Assembly (NCBI RefSeq): GCF_009931435.1
Contig: NZ_CP043414.1
Strand: one strand, 5' to 3'
DNA from: Escherichia coli
GTDB lineage: Bacteria > Pseudomonadota > Gammaproteobacteria > Enterobacterales > Enterobacteriaceae
Length of the DNA: 64,000 bases
Positions within the stretch are counted from its first letter, which is position 1, and every line of letters starts with the position of its first letter. Made by a program: the position numbers and the translations under genes. Shown in pieces: positions 1-11,394 of the stretch. The notes under the pieces were generated by a model, which worked only from the letters and a program-made list of their open reading frames with translations, searched no databases and had not been told where the DNA came from.

Positions 1-314
1 AACGGATGGTGACTCTGGAACATCTGCGTGAACGGGTTGAGCAAGCCGAGCAGCAGGATATTCCGGCAGCGGAGTTACTTGATCCATTACTGATGCCAAT
101 GGACAGTCCAGCTTCGGACTATCCGGTGGTGAATCTTCCGTTAACGTCTTCTGTTTACTTCAAAAATGGTAACCCGGTTCGTACATCCGGTGCGCCGCTG
201 GAAGGACTGGTTCGCGTTACAGAAGGTGAGAATGGCAAGTTTATCGGTATGGGCGAAATTGACGATGAAGGCCGCGTTGCGCCTCGTCGCCTGGTGGTTG
301 AATACCCGGCGTAA
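1..314 (+). CDS. truB: tRNA pseudouridine(55) synthase, C-terminal fragment (5' end lies outside window)
   Basis: ORF 6..314 is open to the window edge; position immediately upstream of rpsO-pnp matches the conserved truB-rpsO-pnp order; protein ends ...RRLVVEYPA. Confidence 0.75.
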   Translation, partial: RMVTLEHLRERVEQAEQQDIPAAELLDPLLMPMDSPASDYPVVNLPLTSSVYFKNGNPVRTSGAPLEGLVRVTEGENGKFIGMGEIDDEGRVAPRRLVVEYPA

Positions 315-366
315 TGTTAACCGTCTTGCGATAACAAGTCGCTACGAGTAGAATACTGCCGCTTAA

Positions 367-732
<366 letters not shown>

Positions 733-748
733 TTCTTGCGAGTTTCAG

Positions 749-776
749 AAAAGGGGCCTGAGTGGCCCCTTTTTTC
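749..776 (+). terminator. rpsO rho-independent terminator (GGGGCC-loop-GGCCCC + T-run)
   Basis: inverted repeat aaaaggggcctgagtggccccttttttc read directly after rpsO stop. Confidence 0.8.
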
Positions 777-977
777 AAACTGACGGCAGCAATTCACTGG
801 AAACTAATGTATTGTTGCTATGAATGATCTTCCGTTGCAGAGGTTCGCGCGGCTAATGAGAGGCTTTACCCACATTGGGCTGGGTTAGGGTTGTCATTAG
901 TCGCGAGGATGCGCAGAAGATCGGGTATTAACACCAGTGCCGTAAGGTGCTGTCTAAGAAAGAGAAAGGATATTACA
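777..977 (+). promoter_or_regulatory. pnp 5' leader (autoregulatory region; RNase III-processed stem-loop reported for this leader)
   Basis: ~200 nt untranslated gap between rpsO terminator and pnp TTG start; the in-frame upstream extension of the ORF track (891..) is probably leader, not coding. Confidence 0.55.
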
Positions 978-3113
978 TTGCTTAATCCGATCGTTCGTAA
1001 ATTCCAGTACGGCCAACACACCGTGACTCTGGAAACCGGCATGATGGCTCGTCAGGCTACTGCCGCTGTTATGGTTAGCATGGATGACACCGCGGTATTC
1101 GTTACCGTTGTTGGTCAGAAAAAAGCCAAACCAGGTCAGGACTTCTTCCCGCTGACCGTTAACTATCAGGAGCGTACCTACGCTGCTGGTCGTATCCCAG
1201 GTAGCTTCTTCCGTCGTGAAGGCCGCCCAAGCGAAGGCGAAACCTTGATTGCGCGTCTGATTGACCGCCCGATTCGCCCGCTGTTCCCGGAAGGCTTCGT
1301 CAACGAAGTTCAGGTTATCGCCACCGTGGTTTCTGTTAACCCGCAGGTTAACCCGGATATCGTTGCGATGATTGGTGCTTCCGCAGCACTTTCTCTGTCT
1401 GGTATTCCGTTCAATGGTCCGATTGGTGCTGCCCGCGTAGGTTACATCAATGACCAGTACGTACTGAACCCGACTCAGGACGAACTGAAAGAGAGCAAAC
1501 TGGATCTGGTTGTTGCCGGTACAGAAGCTGCCGTGCTGATGGTTGAATCTGAAGCTGAACTGCTGAGCGAAGACCAAATGCTGGGCGCAGTGGTGTTCGG
1601 TCATGAACAACAGCAGGTTGTTATTCAGAACATCAATGAACTGGTGAAAGAAGCCGGTAAACCGCGTTGGGATTGGCAGCCGGAGCCGGTAAACGAAGCG
1701 CTGAACGCGCGCGTTGCTGCGCTGGCTGAAGCTCGTCTGAGCGATGCTTATCGCATCACCGACAAACAAGAGCGTTATGCGCAGGTTGATGTCATCAAAT
1801 CTGAAACCATCGCGACGCTGCTTGCTGAAGATGAAACCCTGGACGAAAACGAACTGGGTGAAATTCTGCACGCTATCGAGAAAAATGTTGTTCGTAGCCG
1901 CGTACTGGCAGGCGAACCGCGTATCGACGGTCGTGAAAAAGATATGATCCGTGGTCTGGATGTGCGTACTGGCGTGCTGCCGCGTACTCACGGTTCTGCG
2001 TTGTTCACCCGTGGTGAAACGCAGGCACTGGTTACCGCAACGCTGGGTACTGCACGTGACGCACAGGTTCTTGATGAACTGATGGGCGAACGTACTGACA
2101 CCTTCCTGTTCCACTACAACTTCCCTCCGTATTCCGTAGGTGAAACTGGCATGGTCGGTTCTCCGAAGCGTCGTGAAATTGGTCACGGTCGTCTGGCGAA
2201 GCGCGGCGTGCTGGCAGTAATGCCGGATATGGACAAATTCCCGTACACCGTACGTGTAGTGTCTGAAATTACCGAATCCAACGGTTCTTCTTCTATGGCT
2301 TCCGTGTGCGGTGCGTCTCTGGCGCTGATGGACGCAGGTGTGCCAATCAAAGCTGCTGTTGCGGGTATCGCAATGGGGCTGGTGAAAGAAGGCGACAACT
2401 ACGTTGTACTGTCTGACATTTTGGGCGACGAAGATCACCTGGGCGATATGGACTTCAAAGTTGCGGGTTCCCGCGACGGTATCTCTGCACTGCAGATGGA
2501 TATCAAAATTGAAGGTATCACCAAAGAGATCATGCAGGTTGCGCTGAATCAAGCTAAAGGTGCGCGTCTGCATATCCTGGGCGTCATGGAGCAGGCGATC
2601 AACGCGCCGCGTGGTGATATCTCTGAGTTTGCACCGCGTATCCATACCATCAAGATCAATCCGGACAAGATCAAAGACGTTATCGGTAAAGGCGGTTCTG
2701 TTATCCGTGCCCTGACCGAAGAAACTGGCACCACCATCGAAATCGAAGATGACGGTACTGTGAAGATCGCAGCGACCGACGGCGAGAAAGCGAAAAACGC
2801 TATTCGTCGTATCGAAGAAATCACCGCAGAAATCGAAGTGGGCCGCGTCTACAATGGTAAAGTGACCCGTATCGTTGACTTTGGCGCGTTTGTTGCCATC
2901 GGCGGCGGTAAAGAAGGTCTGGTCCACATCTCTCAAATCGCCGACAAGCGTGTTGAGAAAGTGACCGACTACCTGCAGATGGGTCAGGAAGTTCCGGTGA
3001 AAGTTCTGGAAGTTGATCGCCAGGGCCGTATCCGTCTGAGCATTAAAGAAGCGACTGAGCAGTCTCAACCTGCTGCAGCACCGGAAGCTCCGGCTGCAGA
3101 ACAGGGCGAGTAA
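978..3113 (+). CDS. pnp: polynucleotide phosphorylase (PNPase), 711 aa, TTG start
   Basis: ORF 891..3113; N-terminus [21 protein letters not shown] begins at the in-frame TTG at 978; RNase PH-like repeats, KH and S1 regions at C-terminus (…[28 protein letters not shown]…). Confidence 0.95.
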   Translation: MLNPIVRKFQYGQHTVTLETGMMARQATAAVMVSMDDTAVFVTVVGQKKAKPGQDFFPLTVNYQERTYAAGRIPGSFFRREGRPSEGETLIARLIDRPIRPLFPEGFVNEVQVIATVVSVNPQVNPDIVAMIGASAALSLSGIPFNGPIGAARVGYINDQYVLNPTQDELKESKLDLVVAGTEAAVLMVESEAELLSEDQMLGAVVFGHEQQQVVIQNINELVKEAGKPRWDWQPEPVNEALNARVAALAEARLSDAYRITDKQERYAQVDVIKSETIATLLAEDETLDENELGEILHAIEKNVVRSRVLAGEPRIDGREKDMIRGLDVRTGVLPRTHGSALFTRGETQALVTATLGTARDAQVLDELMGERTDTFLFHYNFPPYSVGETGMVGSPKRREIGHGRLAKRGVLAVMPDMDKFPYTVRVVSEITESNGSSSMASVCGASLALMDAGVPIKAAVAGIAMGLVKEGDNYVVLSDILGDEDHLGDMDFKVAGSRDGISALQMDIKIEGITKEIMQVALNQAKGARLHILGVMEQAINAPRGDISEFAPRIHTIKINPDKIKDVIGKGGSVIRALTEETGTTIEIEDDGTVKIAATDGEKAKNAIRRIEEITAEIEVGRVYNGKVTRIVDFGAFVAIGGGKEGLVHISQIADKRVEKVTDYLQMGQEVPVKVLEVDRQGRIRLSIKEATEQSQPAAAPEAPAAEQGE

Positions 3114-3123
3114 GGTTGCCATT

Positions 3124-3150
3124 TGCCCTCCGCTGCGGCGGGGGGCTTTT
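3124..3150 (+). terminator. pnp rho-independent terminator
   Basis: gccctccgctgcggcggggggc hairpin followed by tttt just after pnp stop. Confidence 0.75.
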
Positions 3151-3221
3151 AACCGGGCAGGACGCCTTGTTAGCAACCGGGAACAGGACGTTCATTCAAC
3201 CGTGGTCTTCGGGAGTGGGAA

Positions 3222-4106
3222 ATGAAGCCTTTTTTGCGCTGGTGTTTCGTTGCGACAGCACTTACGCTTGCAGGATGCAGTAATACTTCCTGGCGTAAAA
3301 GTGAAGTCCTCGCGGTACCATTGCAACCGACTTTACAGCAGGAAGTGATTCTGGCACGTATGGAACAAATCCTTGCCAGTCGGGCTTTAACCGATGACGA
3401 ACGCGCACAGCTTTTATATGAGCGCGGAGTGTTGTATGATAGTCTCGGTCTGAGGGCATTAGCGCGTAACGATTTTTCGCAAGCGCTGGCAATCCGACCG
3501 GATATGCCGGAAGTATTCAATTACTTAGGCATATATTTAACGCAGGCAGGCAATTTTGATGCTGCCTATGAAGCGTTTGATTCTGTACTTGAGCTTGATC
3601 CAACTTACAACTACGCGCACTTGAATCGCGGGATCGCATTATATTACGGCGGTCGTGACAAGTTAGCGCAAGATGATCTGCTGGCGTTTTATCAAGACGA
3701 TCCCAATGATCCTTTCCGTAGTCTGTGGCTTTATCTCGCCGAGCAGAAGCTCGATGAGAAGCAGGCTAAAGAAGTGTTAAAACAGCACTTCGAAAAATCG
3801 GATAAGGAACAGTGGGGATGGAACATTGTCGAGTTCTACCTGGGCAACATTAGCGAACAAACGTTAATGGAAAGGCTCAAGGCGGACGCAACGGATAACA
3901 CCTCGCTCGCTGAGCATCTCAGTGAAACCAACTTCTATTTAGGTAAGTACTACCTAAGTCTGGGGGATTTGGACAGCGCCACGGCACTGTTCAAACTGGC
4001 GGTTGCCAACAACGTTCATAACTTTGTTGAGCACCGATACGCATTGTTGGAATTATCGCTCCTGGGCCAGGACCAAGATGACCTGGCAGAATCGGACCAG
4101 CAATAG
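3222..4106 (+). CDS. nlpI: TPR-repeat outer-membrane lipoprotein NlpI
   Basis: 294 aa; signal peptide with lipobox LTLAGC; TPR-like repeats; conserved pnp-nlpI-deaD order. Confidence 0.93.
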
Positions 4107-4285
4107 CTGACGTACACATCAGCCCGTAATCTTTTTTGATTGCCATCACCTTAACGGGTGAGGGCGTTGTTGTTCGTTAATACACCTACTTTGAGCCGGT
4201 TCACACTTTTCAATGAAAATTGCTGATCAATTTCATGATGAGTTATGTAGACTGGCCGCCATTAATTTTGAGGCACACGTACTAC

Positions 4286-6175
4286 ATGGCTGAATTCGAA
4301 ACCACTTTTGCAGATCTGGGCCTGAAGGCTCCTATCCTTGAAGCCCTTAACGATCTGGGTTACGAAAAACCATCTCCAATTCAGGCAGAGTGTATTCCAC
4401 ATCTGCTGAATGGCCGCGACGTTCTGGGTATGGCCCAGACGGGGAGCGGAAAAACGGCAGCATTCTCTTTACCTCTGCTGCAAAATCTTGATCCTGAGCT
4501 GAAAGCACCACAGATTCTGGTGCTGGCACCGACCCGCGAACTGGCGGTACAGGTTGCTGAGGCAATGACGGATTTCTCTAAACACATGCGCGGCGTAAAC
4601 GTGGTTGCCCTGTACGGCGGCCAGCGTTATGACGTGCAATTACGCGCCCTGCGTCAGGGGCCGCAGATCGTTGTCGGTACTCCAGGCCGTCTGCTGGACC
4701 ACCTGAAACGTGGCACTCTGGACCTCTCTAAACTGAGCGGTCTGGTTCTGGATGAAGCTGACGAAATGCTGCGCATGGGCTTCATCGAAGACGTTGAAAC
4801 CATTATGGCGCAGATCCCGGAAGGTCATCAGACCGCTCTGTTCTCTGCAACTATGCCGGAAGCGATTCGTCGCATTACCCGCCGCTTTATGAAAGAGCCG
4901 CAGGAAGTACGCATTCAGTCCAGCGTGACTACCCGTCCTGACATCAGCCAGAGCTACTGGACTGTGTGGGGGATGCGTAAAAACGAAGCGCTGGTACGTT
5001 TCCTGGAAGCGGAAGATTTTGATGCGGCGATTATCTTCGTTCGTACTAAAAACGCGACTTTGGAAGTGGCAGAAGCTCTTGAGCGTAACGGCTACAACAG
5101 CGCTGCACTGAACGGTGACATGAACCAGGCGCTGCGTGAGCAGACTCTGGAACGCCTGAAAGATGGTCGTCTGGATATCCTGATTGCGACCGACGTTGCG
5201 GCCCGTGGCCTGGACGTTGAGCGTATCAGCCTGGTAGTTAACTACGATATCCCGATGGATTCCGAGTCTTACGTTCACCGTATTGGTCGTACCGGCCGTG
5301 CGGGGCGTGCTGGTCGTGCGCTGCTGTTCGTTGAGAACCGCGAGCGTCGTCTGCTGCGCAACATTGAACGCACTATGAAGCTGACCATTCCGGAAGTAGA
5401 ACTGCCGAACGCAGAACTGCTGGGCAAACGCCGTCTGGAAAAATTCGCCGCTAAAGTACAGCAGCAGCTGGAAAGCAGCGATCTGGATCAATACCGTGCA
5501 CTGCTGAGCAAAATTCAGCCGACGGCGGAAGGTGAAGAGCTGGATCTCGAAACTCTGGCAGCCGCACTGCTGAAAATGGCACAGGGTGAACGTACTCTGA
5601 TTGTTCCGCCAGATGCGCCGATGCGCCCGAAACGTGAATTCCGCGACCGTGACGACCGTGGTCCGCGCGATCGTAACGACCGTGGCCCACGTGGCGACCG
5701 TGAAGATCGTCCGCGTCGTGAACGTCGTGATGTTGGCGATATGCAGCTGTACCGTATTGAAGTGGGCCGCGATGATGGTGTTGAAGTTCGTCATATCGTT
5801 GGCGCGATTGCTAACGAAGGTGACATCAGCAGCCGTTACATCGGTAACATCAAGCTGTTTGCTTCTCACTCCACCATCGAACTGCCGAAAGGTATGCCGG
5901 GTGAAGTGCTGCAACACTTTACGCGTACTCGCATTCTCAACAAGCCGATGAACATGCAGTTGCTGGGCGATGCACAGCCGCATACTGGTGGTGAGCGTCG
6001 TGGTGGTGGTCGTGGTTTCGGTGGCGAACGTCGTGAAGGCGGTCGTAACTTCAGCGGTGAGCGCCGTGAAGGTGGTCGTGGTGATGGTCGTCGTTTTAGC
6101 GGCGAACGTCGTGAAGGCCGCGCACCGCGTCGTGATGACTCTACTGGTCGTCGTCGTTTCGGTGGTGATGCGTAA
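4286..6175 (+). CDS. deaD: cold-shock DEAD-box ATP-dependent RNA helicase DeaD/CsdA (629 aa)
   Basis: ORF 4220..6175; start set at [13 protein letters not shown]; motifs [12 protein letters not shown] (LVLDEADEM), [13 protein letters not shown]; Arg/Gly-rich C-terminal tail. Confidence 0.95.
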
Positions 6176-6200
6176 TCAACGCTGAACAGCGAACACAATC

Positions 6201-6280
6201 TGTAAAATAATATATACAGCCCCGATTTTAACCATCGGGGCTTTTTTTCTGTCTTTTGTACTCGTGTACTGGTACAGTGC
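6201..6280 (+). promoter_or_regulatory. mtr control region: TyrR-box-like TGTAAA-N6-TATACA and TrpR operator-like palindrome tgtactcgtgtactggtaca
   Basis: motifs read directly upstream of mtr; mtr is known to be TrpR-repressed and TyrR-activated. Confidence 0.55.
6218..6250 (+). terminator. deaD rho-independent terminator
   Basis: agccccgattttaaccatcggggct hairpin + T7 run after deaD stop. Confidence 0.8.
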
Positions 6281-6328
6281 AATGCATAACAACGCAGTCG
6301 CACTATTTTTCACTGGAGAGAAGCCCTC

Positions 6329-7573
6329 ATGGCAACACTAACCACCACCCAAACGTCACCGTCGCTGCTTGGCGGCGTGGTGATTATCGGCGGCACCATT
6401 ATTGGCGCAGGGATGTTTTCTCTGCCAGTGGTCATGTCCGGTGCGTGGTTCTTCTGGTCAATGGCGGCGCTGATCTTTACCTGGTTTTGTATGCTGCATT
6501 CCGGCTTGATGATTCTGGAAGCTAACCTGAATTATCGAATTGGCTCGAGCTTTGACACCATCACCAAAGACTTGCTGGGCAAAGGCTGGAACGTGGTCAA
6601 CGGCATTTCCATTGCCTTTGTGCTCTATATCCTGACCTATGCCTATATTTCTGCCAGCGGTTCGATTCTGCATCACACCTTCGCGGAGATGTCGCTGAAT
6701 GTTCCGGCACGAGCTGCAGGTTTTGGTTTTGCGCTACTGGTGGCGTTTGTGGTGTGGTTGAGCACCAAAGCCGTCAGCCGGATGACGGCGATTGTGCTTG
6801 GGGCGAAAGTTATTACCTTCTTCCTCACTTTCGGCAGTTTGCTGGGGCATGTGCAGCCTGCGACATTGTTTAACGTCGCGGAAAGCAATGCGTCTTATGC
6901 ACCGTATCTGTTGATGACCCTACCGTTCTGTCTGGCCTCATTTGGTTATCACGGTAACGTGCCGAGCCTGATGAAGTATTACGGCAAAGATCCGAAAACT
7001 ATCGTGAAATGCCTGGTCTACGGTACGCTGATGGCGCTGGCGCTGTATACCATCTGGTTGCTGGCGACGATGGGCAACATCCCTCGTCCGGAGTTTATCG
7101 GAATCGCCGAGAAGGGCGGTAATATTGATGTGCTGGTACAGGCATTAAGCGGTGTATTGAACAGCCGTAGCCTGGACCTTCTGCTGGTCGTGTTCTCAAA
7201 CTTTGCAGTGGCGAGTTCGTTCCTCGGCGTAACGCTGGGTTTGTTTGACTATCTGGCAGATCTGTTTGGTTTTGACGACTCTGCCCTGGGCCGCTTGAAA
7301 ACGGCACTGTTGACCTTTGCACCGCCTGTCGTGGGTGGCCTGCTGTTCCCGAACGGATTCCTGTACGCCATTGGTTATGCTGGCTTAGCGGCTACCATCT
7401 GGGCTGCAATTGTTCCGGCGCTGTTGGCCCGCGCATCGCGTAAACGCTTTGGCAGCCCGAAATTCCGTGTCTGGGGCGGCAAGCCGATGATTGCACTGAT
7501 TCTGGTGTTTGGTGTTGGCAACGCACTGGTGCATATTTTATCGAGCTTTAATTTGCTGCCGGTGTATCAGTAA
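6329..7573 (+). CDS. mtr: tryptophan-specific permease Mtr (aromatic amino acid/H+ symporter family)
   Basis: 414 aa polytopic membrane protein [33 protein letters not shown]... Confidence 0.93.
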   Translation: MATLTTTQTSPSLLGGVVIIGGTIIGAGMFSLPVVMSGAWFFWSMAALIFTWFCMLHSGLMILEANLNYRIGSSFDTITKDLLGKGWNVVNGISIAFVLYILTYAYISASGSILHHTFAEMSLNVPARAAGFGFALLVAFVVWLSTKAVSRMTAIVLGAKVITFFLTFGSLLGHVQPATLFNVAESNASYAPYLLMTLPFCLASFGYHGNVPSLMKYYGKDPKTIVKCLVYGTLMALALYTIWLLATMGNIPRPEFIGIAEKGGNIDVLVQALSGVLNSRSLDLLLVVFSNFAVASSFLGVTLGLFDYLADLFGFDDSALGRLKTALLTFAPPVVGGLLFPNGFLYAIGYAGLAATIWAAIVPALLARASRKRFGSPKFRVWGGKPMIALILVFGVGNALVHILSSFNLLPVYQ

Positions 7574-7579
7574 TCAGCG

Positions 7580-7685
7580 GTGCCTTATCCGACATTTCTG
7601 CTGCCTACACAATGCCTGATGTGCTTCGCTTATCAGGCCTACGTAGGACAGCGTTGCCAGCTCGGATAAGGCTTCCCACGTTAAA
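7580..7685. repeat. REP/BIME palindromic elements (2-3 units)
   Basis: gccttatccgacat..., gcttatcaggcctacgtagg..., ctcggataaggc units in the mtr-yhbW convergent gap. Confidence 0.8.
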
Positions 7686-7690
7686 ACACA

Positions 7691-8698
7691 CTATCCCAGT
7701 AACTCTTCCTTAACATCCATCGCCAGCTCAAACGAATGCAGGCGCGCCTGGTGATCGAAAATCTGCCCGTTAACCATAATCTCATCCGCGTCGGTTTCGC
7801 GCAGGATCGACTGCAAACCATGACGCACTTTCGCTTTATCACCCACCAGCGACATACTCAGCGCCTGCTGCACGCCATACTGCTCAGACGGTGACCAGAA
7901 CTGATCCATATTTTGAATCGGTGGCGGCAGTTGCCCGGTTTCACCGCGGCGCAGCTTCACAAAGGCTTGCTGCATTGAGGTAAACAGAAATTCAGCGTCG
8001 CGGTTGCTGTCGGCGGCGATAATATTGATGCACACCATCGCATACGGTTTTTCCAGTCGTGCCGACGGTTTGAAGTTGCTGCGATAAAGATGCAGCGCCT
8101 GGAATAGCATATCCGGTGCGAAGTGTGAGGCAAACGCGAACGGCAGACCAAGCTGCGCCGCCAGTTGTGCACTGTAAAGGCTGGAGCCTAATAACCACAC
8201 GGGGATTTTCTCGCCATAGCCTGGTACCGGGCGCACATGCGGATTGGGATCGCGGGCGTCAAACCAGTCCACCAGCTCCGCGACATCGCGGGGGAAATTA
8301 TCAATATCGCCGCTCATATGACGACGTAGAGCCATCATGGTTCGCTGGTCACTACCCGGAGCACGGCCCAGCCCCAAATCGATTCGCCCCGGATAGAGCG
8401 TATTGAGCGTGCCGAACTGTTCGGCGATCACCAACGGTGAGTGGTTTGGTAACATCACGCCGCCAGACCCCAGATGCAGCGTAGTGGTATTCGCCGCCAG
8501 ATAGCCAATCAAAACTGATGTTGCAGCACTGGCAATACCGGTCATATTGTGGTGTTCTGCCAGCCAGTAGCGATGATAGCCGCGCTTTTCAGCCAGACGG
8601 GCGAGGTCGAGAGAGTGGGAGAACGCTTCTCGCGCTGAAGAACCTTCTGGGATGGGGGCCAGATCGAGTAGCGAAAACGCAGTGGTTTTATCAGTCAT
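7691..8698 (-). CDS. yhbW: luciferase-like (LLM-class) flavin-dependent monooxygenase
   Basis: 335 aa ORF; [19 protein letters not shown]...; position after mtr. Confidence 0.85.
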   Translation of the reverse strand: MTDKTTAFSLLDLAPIPEGSSAREAFSHSLDLARLAEKRGYHRYWLAEHHNMTGIASAATSVLIGYLAANTTTLHLGSGGVMLPNHSPLVIAEQFGTLNTLYPGRIDLGLGRAPGSDQRTMMALRRHMSGDIDNFPRDVAELVDWFDARDPNPHVRPVPGYGEKIPVWLLGSSLYSAQLAAQLGLPFAFASHFAPDMLFQALHLYRSNFKPSARLEKPYAMVCINIIAADSNRDAEFLFTSMQQAFVKLRRGETGQLPPPIQNMDQFWSPSEQYGVQQALSMSLVGDKAKVRHGLQSILRETDADEIMVNGQIFDHQARLHSFELAMDVKEELLG

Positions 8699-8778
8699 AA
8701 CAGCTCACTTTGTTACCGATTAATCTTTAATACTGCATTAAAGGGTAGTTAAAGTTGTTAACAAAGTGAGCTATTTGC

Positions 8779-9657
8779 TTAGGCTTGCAGTTCCAGCCCA
8801 GCCAGCCGTCTCCAGTAGCCGTTACAGTCGCTGTTTGCCGTCAACGGGAGTGGTGCAGCGCCATTTTCATTAGCGCGGAAGGCGTCGAGCATCGCGAAAG
8901 TGTCAGTACCCTGCGGTGACAGGCGGACCACATCAACCAGCCCCTGCATGGATGCCAGCTCGTTACCGAGGTTGTACACGTAGCCGCTCATGGTCTGAAT
9001 GCCATTGAGCACAAACACTTGTTGGTTTTCCTGCGACAGCACGTTGCGCCCGTTCGGATACTTAATGCAGCAGGTTTCACACTCATCTTTTGGGCGGTCT
9101 TCCGAACGCGCGGTAAAGCAGCGGGCGGAGTAGGCCAGCGGCAGATGACCGTAGCTCAAGACTTCCACTTCAAACTGGTTGCGAATGCCCAGCTCATCGC
9201 ACTGATTAAGCAGATTCACCAGCCAGTCGCGGGAAAGTTCCACCGGCATACACCAGCGCATCATTCCCTGTTTGAGCAATATTTTCAGCGTCACCGCGTT
9301 GTAGCAGTTCAGAGCGTGTCCGGCGACGAACGGCAGTTTGCGCTCAGCGCACATATTCACCACGCCGAGATCGCTGGCTTCAATCAGAAACTCACCGTTC
9401 TCAACATAGCGTTTCAGTTCGCCCAGTTCGGAGGATGCCTGCACCAGCGCCAGCGTGGAGAGCACAATCTGCTTGCCACTTCCGGCGAGCGATTTTGCCA
9501 TCTCCAGCCAGTCGCCAACTTTGGTTGCCCGGCGTTTGCTACAGACCGCTTCACCGAGATAAATCACGTCTGCGCTGCTGGCGGCGGCCTGCTGATAAAA
9601 ATCTTCCAGCGTCTCTTTTGGCCAGTACCACAGCACCGGCCCTAAGGAATATTTCAT
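8779..9657 (-). CDS. ubiV: peptidase-U32 family protein, O2-independent ubiquinone biosynthesis hydroxylase subunit UbiV (YhbV)
   Basis: ORF 8779..9675; start set at MKYSLGPVLWYW (292 aa); U32 family; adjacent to ubiU. Confidence 0.85.
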   Translation of the reverse strand: MKYSLGPVLWYWPKETLEDFYQQAAASSADVIYLGEAVCSKRRATKVGDWLEMAKSLAGSGKQIVLSTLALVQASSELGELKRYVENGEFLIEASDLGVVNMCAERKLPFVAGHALNCYNAVTLKILLKQGMMRWCMPVELSRDWLVNLLNQCDELGIRNQFEVEVLSYGHLPLAYSARCFTARSEDRPKDECETCCIKYPNGRNVLSQENQQVFVLNGIQTMSGYVYNLGNELASMQGLVDVVRLSPQGTDTFAMLDAFRANENGAAPLPLTANSDCNGYWRRLAGLELQA

Positions 9658-9665
9658 TACTTTTC

Positions 9666-10661
9666 TCACTGCCATTTACGGTGATACGCGCCAAGAGTGG
9701 TTTGTGTGCCTTCGGACATCGACCCGAGCGTCTCCATCCACGCGCTTTGCGGCACGAAGTTTTGCGGATCGGCCTTACAACGGTCGATAGCCTGACGCCA
9801 GACTTTCGCTACCTGGCTGACATACGCAGGGCTACGCTGGCGGCCTTCAATTTTCACCGAAGCGATATTCGCCGCCATTAACTCCGGCAGTAGCTCAAGG
9901 GTATTGAGACTGGTTGGTTCTTCCAGCGCATGATAGCGCTCGCCGTCCACCAGATAACGCCCTTTACACAGCGTCGGATAACCTGCGTTTTCGCCGTCCT
10001 GATAACGGTCGATCAGCACTTCGTTCAGGCGGGATTCCAGCCCCTGCGGCGTTTGCTGCCAGCGCACGAAACGGGCCGGAGAACATGCCCCCACGGTGTT
10101 GGGCGACTCACCCGTCAGATACGACGACAGATAGCAACGACCTTCCGACATAATGCACAGACTGCCGAAAGCGAACACTTCCAGCGGTACAGGCGTGACC
10201 CGCGCCAGTTGTTTCACCTGATGAATCGATAACACGCGCGGCAGCACCACGCGGGCAACGTCAAAATGGCGATGATAAAAGTGAATCGCCTCTTCATTGG
10301 TCGCCGAAGCCTGCACTGACACATGACGCTCAATATGCGGGTAACGCTCGGCGGCGTACTCCAGCATGGCGAGGTCGGCGAGAATCAGCGCGTCGGCACC
10401 CAGCTGCGCCGCCATATCCACGGCGCGCTGCCAGCGGGCGTAACCGTCCGGATGCGCAAAAGTGTTAATCGCGATGTGAAGTTTGCGGCGATGTTGATGG
10501 ACAAAACTCACCGCTTCCTGCAATTTTTTCTCGGTAAAGTTAAGGCCGGCGAAGTGACGGGCATTGGTATCATCTTTTAGCCCGATATAAACAGCATCTG
10601 CGCCGTTTTCGATGGCCGCCTTAAGCGCCGGGAGATTTCCGGCAGGGCAGAGCAGCTCCAT
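9666..10661 (-). CDS. ubiU: peptidase-U32 family protein UbiU (YhbU), 331 aa
   Basis: ORF 9666..10688; start set at MELLCPAGNLPALKAA; U32 family with Cys cluster. Confidence 0.85.
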   Translation of the reverse strand: MELLCPAGNLPALKAAIENGADAVYIGLKDDTNARHFAGLNFTEKKLQEAVSFVHQHRRKLHIAINTFAHPDGYARWQRAVDMAAQLGADALILADLAMLEYAAERYPHIERHVSVQASATNEEAIHFYHRHFDVARVVLPRVLSIHQVKQLARVTPVPLEVFAFGSLCIMSEGRCYLSSYLTGESPNTVGACSPARFVRWQQTPQGLESRLNEVLIDRYQDGENAGYPTLCKGRYLVDGERYHALEEPTSLNTLELLPELMAANIASVKIEGRQRSPAYVSQVAKVWRQAIDRCKADPQNFVPQSAWMETLGSMSEGTQTTLGAYHRKWQ

Positions 10662-10869
10662 AATTTTTCCTGAAGGGTGCGCTATCAAAGCGCAAAAATG
10701 TTAACGAACTGGGATTTTAGTTAACCTTGCTGCGACAATTTTTGATTTAAGGCAGTTAAAGTTGTATTGGTGGTAGCAGCAATTTCATATGGAATTGTTG
10801 ATTTATACCGCTATGTTATTTTTCTGATATGGCAAAATAGGATGATTGTTGAAACAGGGAGTAAAACTC

Positions 10870-11394
10870 GTGTTGGATAAACTGCGTTCCCGTATTGTGC
10901 ATTTGGGGCCATCTCTGTTGAGTGTACCGGTAAAACTGACGCCATTTGCGCTAAAACGCCAGGTTCTTGAGCAGGTCTTAAGCTGGCAATTCCGTCAGGC
11001 GCTGGATGATGGCGAGCTGGAGTTTCTTGAAGGCCGCTGGTTAAGTATTCATGTGCGTGATATTGACCTGCAATGGTTTACCTCGGTGGTGAATGGCAAA
11101 CTGGTCGTTAGCCAGAACGCGCAAGCTGATGTGAGTTTTAGTGCCGACGCCAGCGATCTGCTGATGATTGCGGCGCGTAAACAGGATCCGGACACGCTCT
11201 TCTTCCAGCGTCGGCTGGTGATTGAAGGCGATACGGAGCTGGGATTATATGTGAAAAACCTGATGGACGCCATTGAACTGGAGCAAATGCCGAAAGCCTT
11301 ACGCATGATGCTGCTGCAACTGGCGGATTTTGTTGAGGCGGGAATGAAAACCACGCCTGAAACCAAACAGACATCGGTAGGTGAACCATGCTAA
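10870..11394 (+). CDS. ubiT: SCP2-domain lipid-binding protein UbiT (YhbT), GTG start
   Basis: ORF 10846..11394; 174-aa version begins VLDKLRSRIVHLGP; divergent from ubiUV. Confidence 0.8.
   Translation: MLDKLRSRIVHLGPSLLSVPVKLTPFALKRQVLEQVLSWQFRQALDDGELEFLEGRWLSIHVRDIDLQWFTSVVNGKLVVSQNAQADVSFSADASDLLMIAARKQDPDTLFFQRRLVIEGDTELGLYVKNLMDAIELEQMPKALRMMLLQLADFVEAGMKTTPETKQTSVGEPC

Noticed and set aside
954-3176. 740-aa minus-strand ORF spanning the whole of pnp
   Set aside because: Antisense shadow ORF of a highly expressed, well-conserved gene; low-complexity translation with no family motifs
4640-5983. 447-aa minus-strand ORF inside deaD
   Set aside because: Antisense shadow of deaD; translation is compositionally odd with no domain signatures
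5970-6185. Poly-valine ORF (VVVVVV...) on the + strand
   Set aside because: Out-of-frame reading of the deaD RGG-repeat region (GTN codons from the repeat); not a gene
9019-9645. 208-aa + strand ORF overlapping ubiV
   Set aside because: Opposite-strand ORF within a conserved U32-family gene; no motifs
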